DNA of 64,000 bases, from assembly GCA_934101145.1 (NCBI GenBank), contig CAKOPZ010000001.1, forward strand, positions 5,279 to 69,278, read 5' to 3'. This document shows positions 38,811 through 48,003 of this stretch, in pieces; positions within the stretch are counted from its first letter, which is position 1, and every line of letters starts with the position of its first letter. The notes beneath the pieces are model-generated. The model had not been told where the DNA came from, did not search any database, and saw nothing but the letters and a program-made list of their open reading frames with translations. The translations under genes and the position numbers were made by a program. Origin of the DNA: an uncultured Clostridia bacterium. Its GTDB lineage: Bacteria; Bacillota; Clostridia; TANB77; CAG-508.

Positions 38811-39053
38811 ATGAGTTCAGAAGAAGTTTTTGAAAAAGTAAAGGGAATAATTGTAGAGCAATTAGGAGTTGCTGAAACATCAGTTAATATGGAAGCATCT
38901 TTTATAGATGATTTAGGAGCAGATTCACTTGATATTGTTGAATTGATTATGGCCTTAGAGGAGTCTTTTGATATGGAGATTCCAGATGCTGATGCTGAAA
39001 AGGTAGTTACAGTTGGAGATGTAGTTGACTACATAAAAGATCATATTGCATAG
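38811..39053 (+). CDS. acpP: Acyl carrier protein
   Basis: 80 aa with the phosphopantetheine attachment motif [11 protein letters not shown]. Confidence 0.95.
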   Translation: MSSEEVFEKVKGIIVEQLGVAETSVNMEASFIDDLGADSLDIVELIMALEESFDMEIPDADAEKVVTVGDVVDYIKDHIA

Positions 39054-39066
39054 CAAATAAAATGGG

Positions 39067-39095
39067 GAGATTTAAGATAAATCTCTTCTTTTTGC
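39067..39095 (+). terminator. Intrinsic terminator after acpP
   Basis: GAGATTT (39067-39073) pairs with AAATCTC (39079-39085), followed by a T-rich tract. Confidence 0.55.
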
Positions 39096-39172
39096 TTTTT
39101 TTTTCATTTTGTTGTATAATGGAAAAGGCGACTGTAAAATTATGCCAAATATTATGAAAGGAAAGATAATTT

Positions 39173-39853
39173 ATGTTTGACGAGTTAGAGAAAAATATTG
39201 GATATACATTTAAAGATAAAGCATTACTAAAAAATGCGCTTACACATACATCATATGCATATGAGAATAGAGTAAGTAGTAATGAAAAATTGGAATTTTT
39301 GGGTGATAGCATTTTGGAATTTATATCAAGCAAATATATATATGCTAATTATCCAAAATTAAAAGAAGGAGAAATGACTAAAGTTAGAGCAGAAGTAGTG
39401 TGTGAAGATAGCCTACATGAAGTTGCTAAAAAGCATAATTTTAGTGATTTCTTGTATATTGGAAAAAGCGAATCTGCGTCACATGGAAACCAAAAGCCAG
39501 CTATAATGGCAGATAGTGTTGAAGCAGTAATTGCAGCAATCTATTTTGATGGTGGACTTGCTGAGGCAGAAAAATTTATTGTAAATAATCTTAAAGATGC
39601 AATAGAGAAATCTACTAAAAATGTTGGAATGAAAGATCACAAGACAGTACTTCAAGAAAGACTACAACAAAATGGAGATGTAAATATAAAATACACAGTT
39701 ATTGGAACAAGTGGACCAGACCATGATAAAACATTTTTGGTAAAAGTAGAATGTGATGGAAAAATGCTTGCAACAGGCAGTGGCAAGGCAAAGAAAGCTG
39801 CTGAAATGAATGCTGCCGAAAAGGCACTTGAATATCTAGACAAAAACAAATAA
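39173..39853 (+). CDS. rnc: Ribonuclease III
   Basis: 226 aa. RNase III signature ERLEFLGDS-like (EKLEFLGDSILEF) and a C-terminal dsRBD. Confidence 0.95.
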   Translation: MFDELEKNIGYTFKDKALLKNALTHTSYAYENRVSSNEKLEFLGDSILEFISSKYIYANYPKLKEGEMTKVRAEVVCEDSLHEVAKKHNFSDFLYIGKSESASHGNQKPAIMADSVEAVIAAIYFDGGLAEAEKFIVNNLKDAIEKSTKNVGMKDHKTVLQERLQQNGDVNIKYTVIGTSGPDHDKTFLVKVECDGKMLATGSGKAKKAAEMNAAEKALEYLDKNK

Positions 39854-39865
39854 AAGGAGAACTGT

Positions 39866-40906
39866 ATGAAAAAGGAATATATTATACCTATTTTTGTTCC
39901 TCATCTTGGATGTCCATATCATTGCACTTTTTGCAATCAGAGAAAAATAAGCGGACAAACTAAAATGGTATCACCAAAGGATGTTGAGAATACAATAGAA
40001 TATTACTTGGGAAATTTCAAAGATGATAATAAATATGTTGAAGTTGCTTTTTTTGGTGGAAGCTTTACAGCAATTGATAAAAAAATACAAGAAAATTTAT
40101 TAAAAGCAGTTCAACCATATATAGAGGAGAAAAAAGTAAACAGTATACGACTATCTACAAGGCCAGATGCAATTGATAAAGATATTTTAAAAATGCTAAA
40201 AAAATATCATGTTAAAACTATTGAACTTGGAGTTCAATCAATGAATAATTATATTTTAAATAGATGCGGAAGAGGTCACACAATGCAAGATGTGAAAAAA
40301 GCATCTAAATTGATTAGATTTTATGGATTTACACTTGGACACCAAATGATGGTAGGGCTTCCAGAAAGCACAATGCAGGATGAAATAAATACTGCTAAAG
40401 AACTTATCAAGTTAAAGCCGAAAATTGTAAGGGTATATCCGGTTTTGGTAATTAAGGAAACAGAGCTTGAAGAGGAATATAAAAAAGGAGAATATACACC
40501 ACTTACAGTTACTCAAGCAGTAGAAAGATGTAAGGCGATAGTTGATTTATTTAATAGAAAGAAAATAAAAGTAATTCGCATAGGACTTCAAAATACAGAG
40601 GAAATATCAGATCCATCAAGAGAAGAGAGTCAAGTTGTTGCAGGTCCATTTCATCCGGCATTTAGGCAGCTTGTTGAAGCAAGTATGTGGTATGATGCAA
40701 TTGTAAATGAAATAAAAAAAATAAATACAAAAGTAATGGCAGTTAAGATCATTGCAAATCCTGAAAATGTAAATTTGGTTATTGGGCATAAAAAGGAAAA
40801 TATATTAAAACTAAAAGAAATTTATGAAGTTGATGTTACAGTTGAGTCGTCAGAAGAAATAAAACCAGGTAAATTCAATCTTGAGATTTTAAAGAGTTAT
40901 GAGTAA
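39866..40906 (+). CDS. Radical SAM protein (ELP3/HemN-like family)
   Basis: 346 aa with the CxxxCxxC cluster motif (CPYHCTFC) near the N-terminus. Confidence 0.8.
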   Translation: MKKEYIIPIFVPHLGCPYHCTFCNQRKISGQTKMVSPKDVENTIEYYLGNFKDDNKYVEVAFFGGSFTAIDKKIQENLLKAVQPYIEEKKVNSIRLSTRPDAIDKDILKMLKKYHVKTIELGVQSMNNYILNRCGRGHTMQDVKKASKLIRFYGFTLGHQMMVGLPESTMQDEINTAKELIKLKPKIVRVYPVLVIKETELEEEYKKGEYTPLTVTQAVERCKAIVDLFNRKKIKVIRIGLQNTEEISDPSREESQVVAGPFHPAFRQLVEASMWYDAIVNEIKKINTKVMAVKIIANPENVNLVIGHKKENILKLKEIYEVDVTVESSEEIKPGKFNLEILKSYE

Positions 40907-40920
40907 AAAGCAAATTGCAT

Positions 40921-40963
40921 AAATCACCTATTATTGGAAATAATTCTAATAATAGGTGATTTT
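40921..40963 (+). terminator. 15-bp perfect hairpin (terminator of the radical SAM gene) that contains the SD of the next gene
   Basis: AAATCACCTATTATT (40921-40935) pairs with AATAATAGGTGATTT (40949-40963), then TTTTC-ATG. The AGGTGA SD (40954-40959) lies in the 3' arm. Confidence 0.7.
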
Positions 40964-40965
40964 TC

Positions 40966-41811
40966 ATGAAAAATAAAAAAGTGTTTATATATTTAAAAGA
41001 ATATATGATGATTGTGGTTGGTTGCATACTTATGGCAATTGGTACATCCTTGTTTTTACTTCCAAACCAGCTTTCATCAGGAGGATTTGCTGGTATTGCA
41101 ACAATTATATATTATTTATTTAAATTTCCACTTGGAGCAGTTATGCTTGTTTTAAATATACCATTATTTATAATTGCTTTTGTTCGAGTTGGAAAAGAGA
41201 CTACAATAAAAGGAATATTTGGAACAGTAATGTTATCAACTTTTATTGATATAGTTGATAAATATAAGCCACTTACAGAAGATAGAATACTTGCATGTGT
41301 ATATGGTGGAATATTTATGGGAATTGGAACTGCAGTTGTTTTGAAAGCAAATGCTTCAACAGGTGGAACTGATATGCTTTCATATATTATACGTTCGTTT
41401 TTTCCACATTTTAGGTCAGCAAATTTGATTGTTGTAATTGATATAATAATTGTTTTACTAAATGTACTTGCTTTTAGAGAGGTTGAAATAGGATTGTATT
41501 CGGCTATTGCAATTTATATTATGGGAAAAATGATTGATATAATTTTTGAGGGTGTGTATTTTACAAAAAGTATGTTTATTGTGTCAAATAAATATAAAGA
41601 AATTGCAGATGAAATTGGAAAAAAGCTATGTAGAGGAAGTACAGCAATTTATGCAAAAGGAATGTATTCAAAGGAAAAGAAAATGATGCTATGGTGCGTA
41701 GGTTCTAGGACAGAAACAGCTAAAATAAAGGAAATTGCAAAAGAAATTGATCCAAGTGCTTTTATTGTTATTTCAAATGCACGTGAAGCATGGGGAAAAG
41801 GGTTTAGATAA
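40966..41811 (+). CDS. YitT-family membrane protein (DUF2179 C-terminal domain)
   Basis: 281 aa. Multi-TM N-terminal part and a C-terminal soluble domain ending ...AFIVISNAREAWGKGF, typical of YitT/DUF2179 proteins. Confidence 0.75.
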   Translation: MKNKKVFIYLKEYMMIVVGCILMAIGTSLFLLPNQLSSGGFAGIATIIYYLFKFPLGAVMLVLNIPLFIIAFVRVGKETTIKGIFGTVMLSTFIDIVDKYKPLTEDRILACVYGGIFMGIGTAVVLKANASTGGTDMLSYIIRSFFPHFRSANLIVVIDIIIVLLNVLAFREVEIGLYSAIAIYIMGKMIDIIFEGVYFTKSMFIVSNKYKEIADEIGKKLCRGSTAIYAKGMYSKEKKMMLWCVGSRTETAKIKEIAKEIDPSAFIVISNAREAWGKGFR

Positions 41812-41885
41812 ATGTGTATTGAGAGTATATATATTGGAATATAGAGGAAACTAACGAGATAATTCATATAAAATAAAAAAATGTG

Positions 41886-41914
41886 TTGAAATTGTTATTT
41901 GGATATGTTATTAT
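41886..41914 (+). promoter_or_regulatory. Sigma-A-type promoter candidate for the ToxI-like repeat/toxN operon
   Basis: TTGAAA (41886-41891), 17 nt, TATTAT (41909-41914). AT-rich context, so a chance match is possible. Confidence 0.35.
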
Positions 41915-41978
41915 ATATATATTAGTAATAGATTTATATAATATGAATATAATATTATTACTATATTAAGAAAAAGCT

Positions 41979-42086
41979 TAGAATACCCTTGCTAAAGTAG
42001 GGACTTAAAAAAGTAGGAATACCCTTGCCAAAGTAGGGACTTAAAAAAGTAGGAATATCCTTGCCAAAGTAGGAACTTAAAATAGT
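41979..42086 (+). ncRNA. ToxI-like type III antitoxin RNA: three tandem 36-nt repeats
   Basis: Units at 41979-42014, 42015-42050 and 42051-42086 (consensus AGGAATACCCTTGCCAAAGTAGGGACTTAAAAAAGT; 3 mismatches in each outer unit). They are contiguous with no spacers, and lie directly upstream of a terminator and a ToxN/AbiQ-family gene. Confidence 0.8.
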
Positions 42087-42089
42087 AGT

Positions 42090-42117
42090 GTGACTGTTTT
42101 ATAGCAGTCACATTTTT
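42090..42117 (+). terminator. Intrinsic terminator between the RNA repeats and the toxin gene
   Basis: GTGACTG (42090-42096) pairs with CAGTCAC (42105-42111), then ATTTTT. This is the position characteristic of type III TA loci, where it sets the antitoxin:toxin ratio. Confidence 0.7.
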
Positions 42118-42131
42118 AATATGGAGGAAAT

Positions 42132-42608
42132 ATGAAGAATTTAAAGATCTATTATATAGATGAAAAATATATTAATTATTTACGAAAATATGATAAAAAT
42201 GTTGCATATAATAAGGATACAACAAGACCATATATAGGAATAGTATATACATATAATCATTTTAATTATTTTGCTCCATTATCATCTCCAAAATTAAAAC
42301 ATAAGAAAATAAATGAAAAAGCTATTGATATATTTAAAATAAAAGGTGGAGAGCTAGGTGTTATAAATATAAATAATATGATACCAACACCGATAGAGGA
42401 ATTAACAGAGGCATTACCAATTATAAAAGATATAAAATATAAAAAAATGTTAGAAGAGCAACTTACATATATAAATAATCATAAACAGGAATTATTAAAA
42501 AAAATAATACTATTTCAGAATATGTATAGAAAAGGTCATCTAAATAATAGAATTTTAGAGAGATGTTGTGACTTTAAATTATTAGAGGAACTTTGCAAAA
42601 AATATTAA
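42132..42608 (+). CDS. toxN: Type III toxin-antitoxin system ToxN/AbiQ-family endoribonuclease toxin
   Basis: 158 aa with RBS GGAGG. Family hallmarks: N-terminal YYIDEKYINYLRKYDKNV, RPYIGIV, YFAPLSSPKLKH, NMIP, YKKMLEEQLTYI, and C-terminal CDFKLLEE. Confidence 0.85.
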   Translation: MKNLKIYYIDEKYINYLRKYDKNVAYNKDTTRPYIGIVYTYNHFNYFAPLSSPKLKHKKINEKAIDIFKIKGGELGVININNMIPTPIEELTEALPIIKDIKYKKMLEEQLTYINNHKQELLKKIILFQNMYRKGHLNNRILERCCDFKLLEELCKKY

Positions 42609-42620
42609 AATAATATTTTA

Positions 42621-42648
42621 AGAGACAGTTTTTAAGCTGTCTTTTTTT
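42621..42648 (+). terminator. Terminator candidate after toxN
   Basis: AGACAG (42623-42628) pairs with CTGTCT (42637-42642), followed by a T-run. Confidence 0.5.
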
Positions 42649-42895
42649 AATATACTAGGAAATAAAAAATTTCCTAGCATATTAAAATGCTACAATCGCT
42701 ATTGCCTTTGATTTAGTTGGAAACTCAAATCGGCGAGAACAAAAGGCAACTTACGTGGATTTGTTCATAAAATTACAAACAAATATCAATCTGTTCGCTA
42801 GACAAAAAGGTTAAATAAGTTTATACTATTAGTTATAGGAAATGAGGATAAAAAATCATAAATTTTAAACATTGTAAGATATATAAGAGGAAAAT

Positions 42896-43762
42896 ATGGA
42901 AGAACAAAGATATGTAATAACTGATGTAGATTCATTTGAGTTAAGAGACATTTTTGAGTGTGGTCAATGTTTTAGATGGAATGCCAAAGATGATGGAAGC
43001 TACACGGGTGTGATAAAAAATGGTGTAATAAATGTAAAGAAAATAAATAATGATGTTATTTTTGAAGGTATTTGCAATGGAAATATAGCAGATATTTGCA
43101 GAGATTATTTCGACTTAAATCGTGACTATAATAAAATAAAAACAATACTTTCAAATGTTGATGATTACTTAAAAGAAAGTATAGAATATGGAGCTGGAAT
43201 ACGTATACTTAATCAAGATTTATGGGAGATGATTATCTCTTTTATAATATCTGCAAACAATAATATTCCAAGAATAAAAGGAATAATTGAAAGAATGTCA
43301 CAAAAATATGGTAATAAAATTGTATGGAAGGAAAAAGATTATTATACTTTTCCTACAATTGAACAATTGAGTAGTGCTAGTAAAGATGATTTAAGGGCTT
43401 TAGGTATGGGATTTAGAGATACATACATATTTAATACAACAAATAAAATTGCATCAGGTGATATTAATTTAGAAGAATTGCATAACGAAAAAGATACATC
43501 AAAAGTAAGAGAAAAATTGCTTACACTTTCTGGTGTAGGACCAAAAGTTGCTGATTGTATATTACTTTTTTCTACTTTAAAAAGGTTTGATGTTTTTCCA
43601 ATTGATGTTTGGGTTAGACGTGTTATGAATGATTTATATATAAAAAATGAAGATGAAACAAAAGTAAGTAAAAAAGAAATTGAAAAACTTGCTAAAGAAA
43701 AATATGGCGATTTAGAGGGAATCGCTCAACAATATTTATTTTATTGGAGAAGAGAACAATGA
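42896..43762 (+). CDS. ogg: 8-oxoguanine DNA glycosylase/AP lyase (OGG1-type, HhH-GPD)
   Basis: 288 aa. OGG N-domain (FECGQCFRW), HhH-GPD motif LSGVGPKVADCILLF, and PIDVWVRRV. Confidence 0.85.
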   Translation: MEEQRYVITDVDSFELRDIFECGQCFRWNAKDDGSYTGVIKNGVINVKKINNDVIFEGICNGNIADICRDYFDLNRDYNKIKTILSNVDDYLKESIEYGAGIRILNQDLWEMIISFIISANNNIPRIKGIIERMSQKYGNKIVWKEKDYYTFPTIEQLSSASKDDLRALGMGFRDTYIFNTTNKIASGDINLEELHNEKDTSKVREKLLTLSGVGPKVADCILLFSTLKRFDVFPIDVWVRRVMNDLYIKNEDETKVSKKEIEKLAKEKYGDLEGIAQQYLFYWRREQ

Positions 43763-46700
43763 GTCTGCAAATTATTTATGGAAGATCTGGAACAGGTAAA
43801 AGTGAATATATTTTCAAACAAATAGCCAAGAAAATTGAGGAAGACACAAAACGAAAGATTTATATTGTAACTCCTGAACAATTTTCATTTACTGCAGAAA
43901 AAAAACTTTTAAGTTCTATATCTGGTAGTGCGGTAATAAATGCCGAGGTATTGACATTTGGACGTATGGCTCATCGTGTAATTCAAGAGAAAAAAAGAGC
44001 AAGTGCAAAAATGCTTTCTTCTTGCGGAAAGTCAATGCTTGTTTATGATATTTTGGCTGATAAAAAGAAGGAGTTTTCTTTTATAGGTAAATCTTCTGAA
44101 AATGTTGAGCTTATATGTACTCAAATTACTGAGTTTAAAAAGCATGGGATAACGGTTGATATTTTAAAAAATACTATAGAAGGTATAGATGATGAATATT
44201 TAAAAATAAAACTTAATGATATGCTTAAGGTTTATGAAAAGTATAACGAAGAGATAGAAGATAAATATATGGACGAAAATGACAATTTATCTATACTTAT
44301 TAGTGAACTTGAAGATGCTGACGAATATAAAAATTGTGATTTTTATATTGATGAATTTGTTGGATTTACAAAACAGGAATATGATATTATTAGATTGCTT
44401 TTGAGAAATAATAATATTTATATTACATCATGTATGGATTTACTTGAGGAAAGTAATATGCCTGACACAGATGTATTTTATTCTAATAAAAAAACTATGC
44501 AAAGAATTTTAGATATTGCAAATGAGGAATCAGTTGATATTTTAAAACCTGTTTTTTTAGATAAAAAATACAGATTTAAAAATGAGGAATTGAGTCATTT
44601 AGAAGAAAATATTTATGGTATGCCATATAAAATTTATGATAAAAAGATAGAAAATATTGAATTATTTTTGGCTAACAACCAGTATTCTGAAATAGAGTAT
44701 GTGTGTGAAGAAATTGTAAAACTTGTAAGAGATAAGGGATATAAATATAATGAGATTTCTATTATTACAAAAAGCCTAGATTCATATTCGAATTTGTGCA
44801 AGGCAATTTTTGGCAAGTATAATATACCTGCATTTATTGATGAAAAACAGGATTTGAGCCAAAATGTGCTTGTTAGGTATATGCTTGCAGTACTTAATAT
44901 TTATGCAAAAAATTGGAGTTTTGAATCAGTTTTTGAATACATTAAAACTGGATTTTTGGATATTGATCCAATGGATATTCATATTTTAGAAAATTATGCT
45001 TTAAAATGGGGAATAAAAGGAAATAAGTGGTATCTTGGTGAATGGAATTTTTATGATGAATCTGATGAGGAAAAAGAGAAAATTTTGCATATTAGAGAGC
45101 TTTTAATTGTACCTCTTACCGATTTAAAAAGAAAACTTGCAGGTCAAAAAGATGTTAAAGATATTACAAAATGTTTATATAATTTTTTAATAGAGCAGGG
45201 AATTGATAAGAAACTTGAAAATAAGATTGCTAAGCTTCAAAAAATTAATGAAACACAAAAAGCACAAGAATACGAAACAAGTTGGAAAGTTATAATGAAT
45301 GTGCTTGATGAGATTGTAAATATGCTTGGAGATAAAAAGGTTTCATTTGAAAAGTATGCAGATATTTTAAAAATGGGACTTGGAGCAAGTGGACTTGGAA
45401 AAATCCCTATAACCCAAGACCAGGTTATTGTTGGAGATGTTGATAGATCTAGAAGCCACAAGGTAAAGGCTGTATTTATTATAGGCTTAAATGATGGCGC
45501 ATTTCCTGGCAATTTTAAGGACGAAGGATTTTTTAATGATAATGATAGAGAAAAGCTAAAACAAAAAGGTGCTGAACTTGCAAAAGGTTCTCTTGAACTT
45601 TTATATGATGATAATTTTAATATTTATAAAGCTTTTTCAACTTCAGAAGAAAAATTGTATTTATCATATGCATCTTCTGAACTTGAGGGAAAGCAATTAA
45701 GACCTTCAATATTTATAAATAGAATTAAAAAGATTTTTCCTAAATTGATAGAGAAAAGTGATGTTGTAAATAAAGATGTTGAAAAAGATATTATAAATGA
45801 GGCAAAGGCATTTGAGGATTTACTTGATACACTTCGAAAATGGAAAGATGAAAATGATATAAATGAAGATGAAGCAAAAAAATGTGCTATTTTGTATCAA
45901 TATTTTTCAAATAGTGATAAGTGGAAAGATAGGCTAAAGTTTAGCATGCAAGCTATGAATTATACAAATGTGCCTGAAGATATTTCTAAAGAAGAAATAC
46001 AAAAATTATATGGAAATACTTTAAGGACAAGTATATCAAGACTTGAACAATATAAATCATGTCCATTTTCATATTATCTAAAATATGGCTTAAAGTTATC
46101 TGATAAAAGTGAGTTTAAGATTGAGGCAGTTGATACAGGTACATTTATGCATGATGTAATTGATAGTTTTTTTGAAAAAGTAGAAGAGAGTAATTTGAAT
46201 ATAAAATTGCTTGATGATGATAAAATTCAAAAAATTGTTGATGAGATAATTGATGAAAAATTACAGTTAAAGCAAAATTACATTTTTACAAGTATTCCTA
46301 AATATAGGGTTCTTGCAGGTCGTCTAAAAAAAGTTATAAAACAGTCTATGAAATATATTGTTGATAGCTTGAAATTTAGCAAATTTGATGTTTTAGGACA
46401 TGAGATGGAGTTCAAATCTCAAAAAGAATATCCGCCAATAGAAATTAAACTTGAAAATGGAAAAACAGTTGAAATTACTGGAAAAATTGATAGAATAGAT
46501 ATTGCAAAAACAGCAGATGGCAATTATATTAGAATTATTGATTACAAATCTTCTGTAAAAGATATTAATTTAAATGAGGTAAAAGCAGGTTTGCAATTAC
46601 AGCTACTTACATATATGGACGCTGTTTGTGAGATAGAAGATGTACTTCCGGCAGGTGTACTTTATTTTAATTTGATTGATCCGACAATTAAGGCAAATTC

Positions 46701-47139
46701 ACATCTTTCTCAAGAGGAGATAGAGTTTGAATTAAGAAAACAATTTAAAATGAAAGGATTAATACTTGCAGACATTGATGTGGCACAAATGATGGATACA
46801 AATCTTGAAAAAGGTAGTTCAAATGTAATTCCAGCATATATTGATAAAGACGGAAATTTGAGCCAAAAATCAAGTAGTGTTACAAGAAAGCAATTTGAAG
46901 ATTTACAAAAATATACTAAAAATATGCTTAGCAAAATAAGTGAGGAGATTTTGTCTGGAAAAATAGATGTAAAGCCATATTATAAAGTGAAAGGTGGAAA
47001 AACACCTTGTGAATATTGCAGTTATAAATCTATTTGTCAATTTAATAATGGTATTTGCAAAAATTCTTATTATTATATTGGAAATATTAATAAAGATGCA
47101 ATTTTAGAGCAAATTGCAAAGCAAGAGGCTACAGATTAA
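43759..47139 (+). CDS. addB: ATP-dependent helicase/deoxyribonuclease subunit B (AddB/RexB)
   Basis: About 1126 aa. N-terminal Walker A GRSGTGKS. C-terminal RecB-type nuclease with Fe-S cysteines (CPFSYY...CEYCSYKSIC). The ATG overlaps the ogg stop (ATGA). The ORF track starts at TTG 43744. Confidence 0.88.
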   Translation: MSLQIIYGRSGTGKSEYIFKQIAKKIEEDTKRKIYIVTPEQFSFTAEKKLLSSISGSAVINAEVLTFGRMAHRVIQEKKRASAKMLSSCGKSMLVYDILADKKKEFSFIGKSSENVELICTQITEFKKHGITVDILKNTIEGIDDEYLKIKLNDMLKVYEKYNEEIEDKYMDENDNLSILISELEDADEYKNCDFYIDEFVGFTKQEYDIIRLLLRNNNIYITSCMDLLEESNMPDTDVFYSNKKTMQRILDIANEESVDILKPVFLDKKYRFKNEELSHLEENIYGMPYKIYDKKIENIELFLANNQYSEIEYVCEEIVKLVRDKGYKYNEISIITKSLDSYSNLCKAIFGKYNIPAFIDEKQDLSQNVLVRYMLAVLNIYAKNWSFESVFEYIKTGFLDIDPMDIHILENYALKWGIKGNKWYLGEWNFYDESDEEKEKILHIRELLIVPLTDLKRKLAGQKDVKDITKCLYNFLIEQGIDKKLENKIAKLQKINETQKAQEYETSWKVIMNVLDEIVNMLGDKKVSFEKYADILKMGLGASGLGKIPITQDQVIVGDVDRSRSHKVKAVFIIGLNDGAFPGNFKDEGFFNDNDREKLKQKGAELAKGSLELLYDDNFNIYKAFSTSEEKLYLSYASSELEGKQLRPSIFINRIKKIFPKLIEKSDVVNKDVEKDIINEAKAFEDLLDTLRKWKDENDINEDEAKKCAILYQYFSNSDKWKDRLKFSMQAMNYTNVPEDISKEEIQKLYGNTLRTSISRLEQYKSCPFSYYLKYGLKLSDKSEFKIEAVDTGTFMHDVIDSFFEKVEESNLNIKLLDDDKIQKIVDEIIDEKLQLKQNYIFTSIPKYRVLAGRLKKVIKQSMKYIVDSLKFSKFDVLGHEMEFKSQKEYPPIEIKLENGKTVEITGKIDRIDIAKTADGNYIRIIDYKSSVKDINLNEVKAGLQLQLLTYMDAVCEIEDVLPAGVLYFNLIDPTIKANSHLSQEEIEFELRKQFKMKGLILADIDVAQMMDTNLEKGSSNVIPAYIDKDGNLSQKSSSVTRKQFEDLQKYTKNMLSKISEEILSGKIDVKPYYKVKGGKTPCEYCSYKSICQFNNGICKNSYYYIGNINKDAILEQIAKQEATD

Positions 47140-47177
47140 GGTATTTTTAGTAAAGTAACACAAAGAAGGAGGAAATG

Positions 47178-47966
47178 ATGAGAGATTTTACAAATGATGT
47201 TGTTATACATAAAATAAAAAATAATATTCATTATTTGCAATTTAGAAAATTGCTTGAATATCCGGAATTAGAGCATTGTTATACAATGAGATTAAATGAA
47301 ATTGATTTTAGAATTTATGAAAATGATAGCATTTTAAATGCGACTTATGATAAAATATGTGATAGTACAGATTTTATTAGAGAAACAATTGTAAAACCTC
47401 ATCAAACTCACACTGATATTGTTGAAAAAGTGGAAAATTCAAAGCAAAATTTTAGTGAAGTTGATGGACTTACTACTGATAAAAGAAATATTACACTTTG
47501 TACCACATCAGCAGATTGTACGAGTTTACTTTTTTATGATCCAGTAAAAAAGGTAATTGCAGATGTTCATTCTGGTTGGAGAGGTACGCAAAAGAAAATA
47601 GCTAAAATTGCTACCAAAAAAATGAATAAAGAGTATAATTGCAATCCAGAAGATTTAATATGTGCTATTTGCCCACACATTAGAGTCTGCCATTTTGAGG
47701 TATCAGAAGATGTAAAGGATTTATTTTATGATACTTTTTCATATATGAAGGATATTGATAGTATGATAAAACAAAGTAGTACCAATGGTAAATATTTTGT
47801 TGATACTACAAAGATTAATATACAGATGCTAAGAGATGCAGGAGTTAAACCAGAAAATATATTAGATAGTGGAATTTGCACTGTATGTAACAAAGATTAT
47901 TTTCATTCATATAGAGCAGATAAGGAATTATCTGGCAGAAATGGTGCGATGATTATGCTTAAATAA
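47178..47966 (+). CDS. YfiH/PgeF-family protein (DUF152, laccase-domain, peptidoglycan editing factor-like)
   Basis: Motifs HQTHT, TADCTSLLF and HSGWRGT. An alternative ATG is at 47175. Confidence 0.8.
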   Translation: MRDFTNDVVIHKIKNNIHYLQFRKLLEYPELEHCYTMRLNEIDFRIYENDSILNATYDKICDSTDFIRETIVKPHQTHTDIVEKVENSKQNFSEVDGLTTDKRNITLCTTSADCTSLLFYDPVKKVIADVHSGWRGTQKKIAKIATKKMNKEYNCNPEDLICAICPHIRVCHFEVSEDVKDLFYDTFSYMKDIDSMIKQSSTNGKYFVDTTKINIQMLRDAGVKPENILDSGICTVCNKDYFHSYRADKELSGRNGAMIMLK

Positions 47967-48003
47967 TAGCTATATAAAGTACTTTAGAAGGGAGCAAAAT
48001 AAT

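Noticed and set aside
41979-42086. 36-nt repeats considered as a mini CRISPR array
   Set aside because: The repeats are contiguous with no spacers, no cas genes are nearby, and they sit in the exact ToxI position upstream of a ToxN/AbiQ-family gene.
42690-42760. GC-richer imperfect hairpin (TTGCCTTTG...CAAAAGGCAA) downstream of toxN, considered as a tRNA fragment, att site or sRNA
   Set aside because: No tRNA-like cloverleaf or T-arm consensus, and no matching direct repeat at the left boundary of the ToxIN insertion beyond a short GGAAACT...CGAG similarity.
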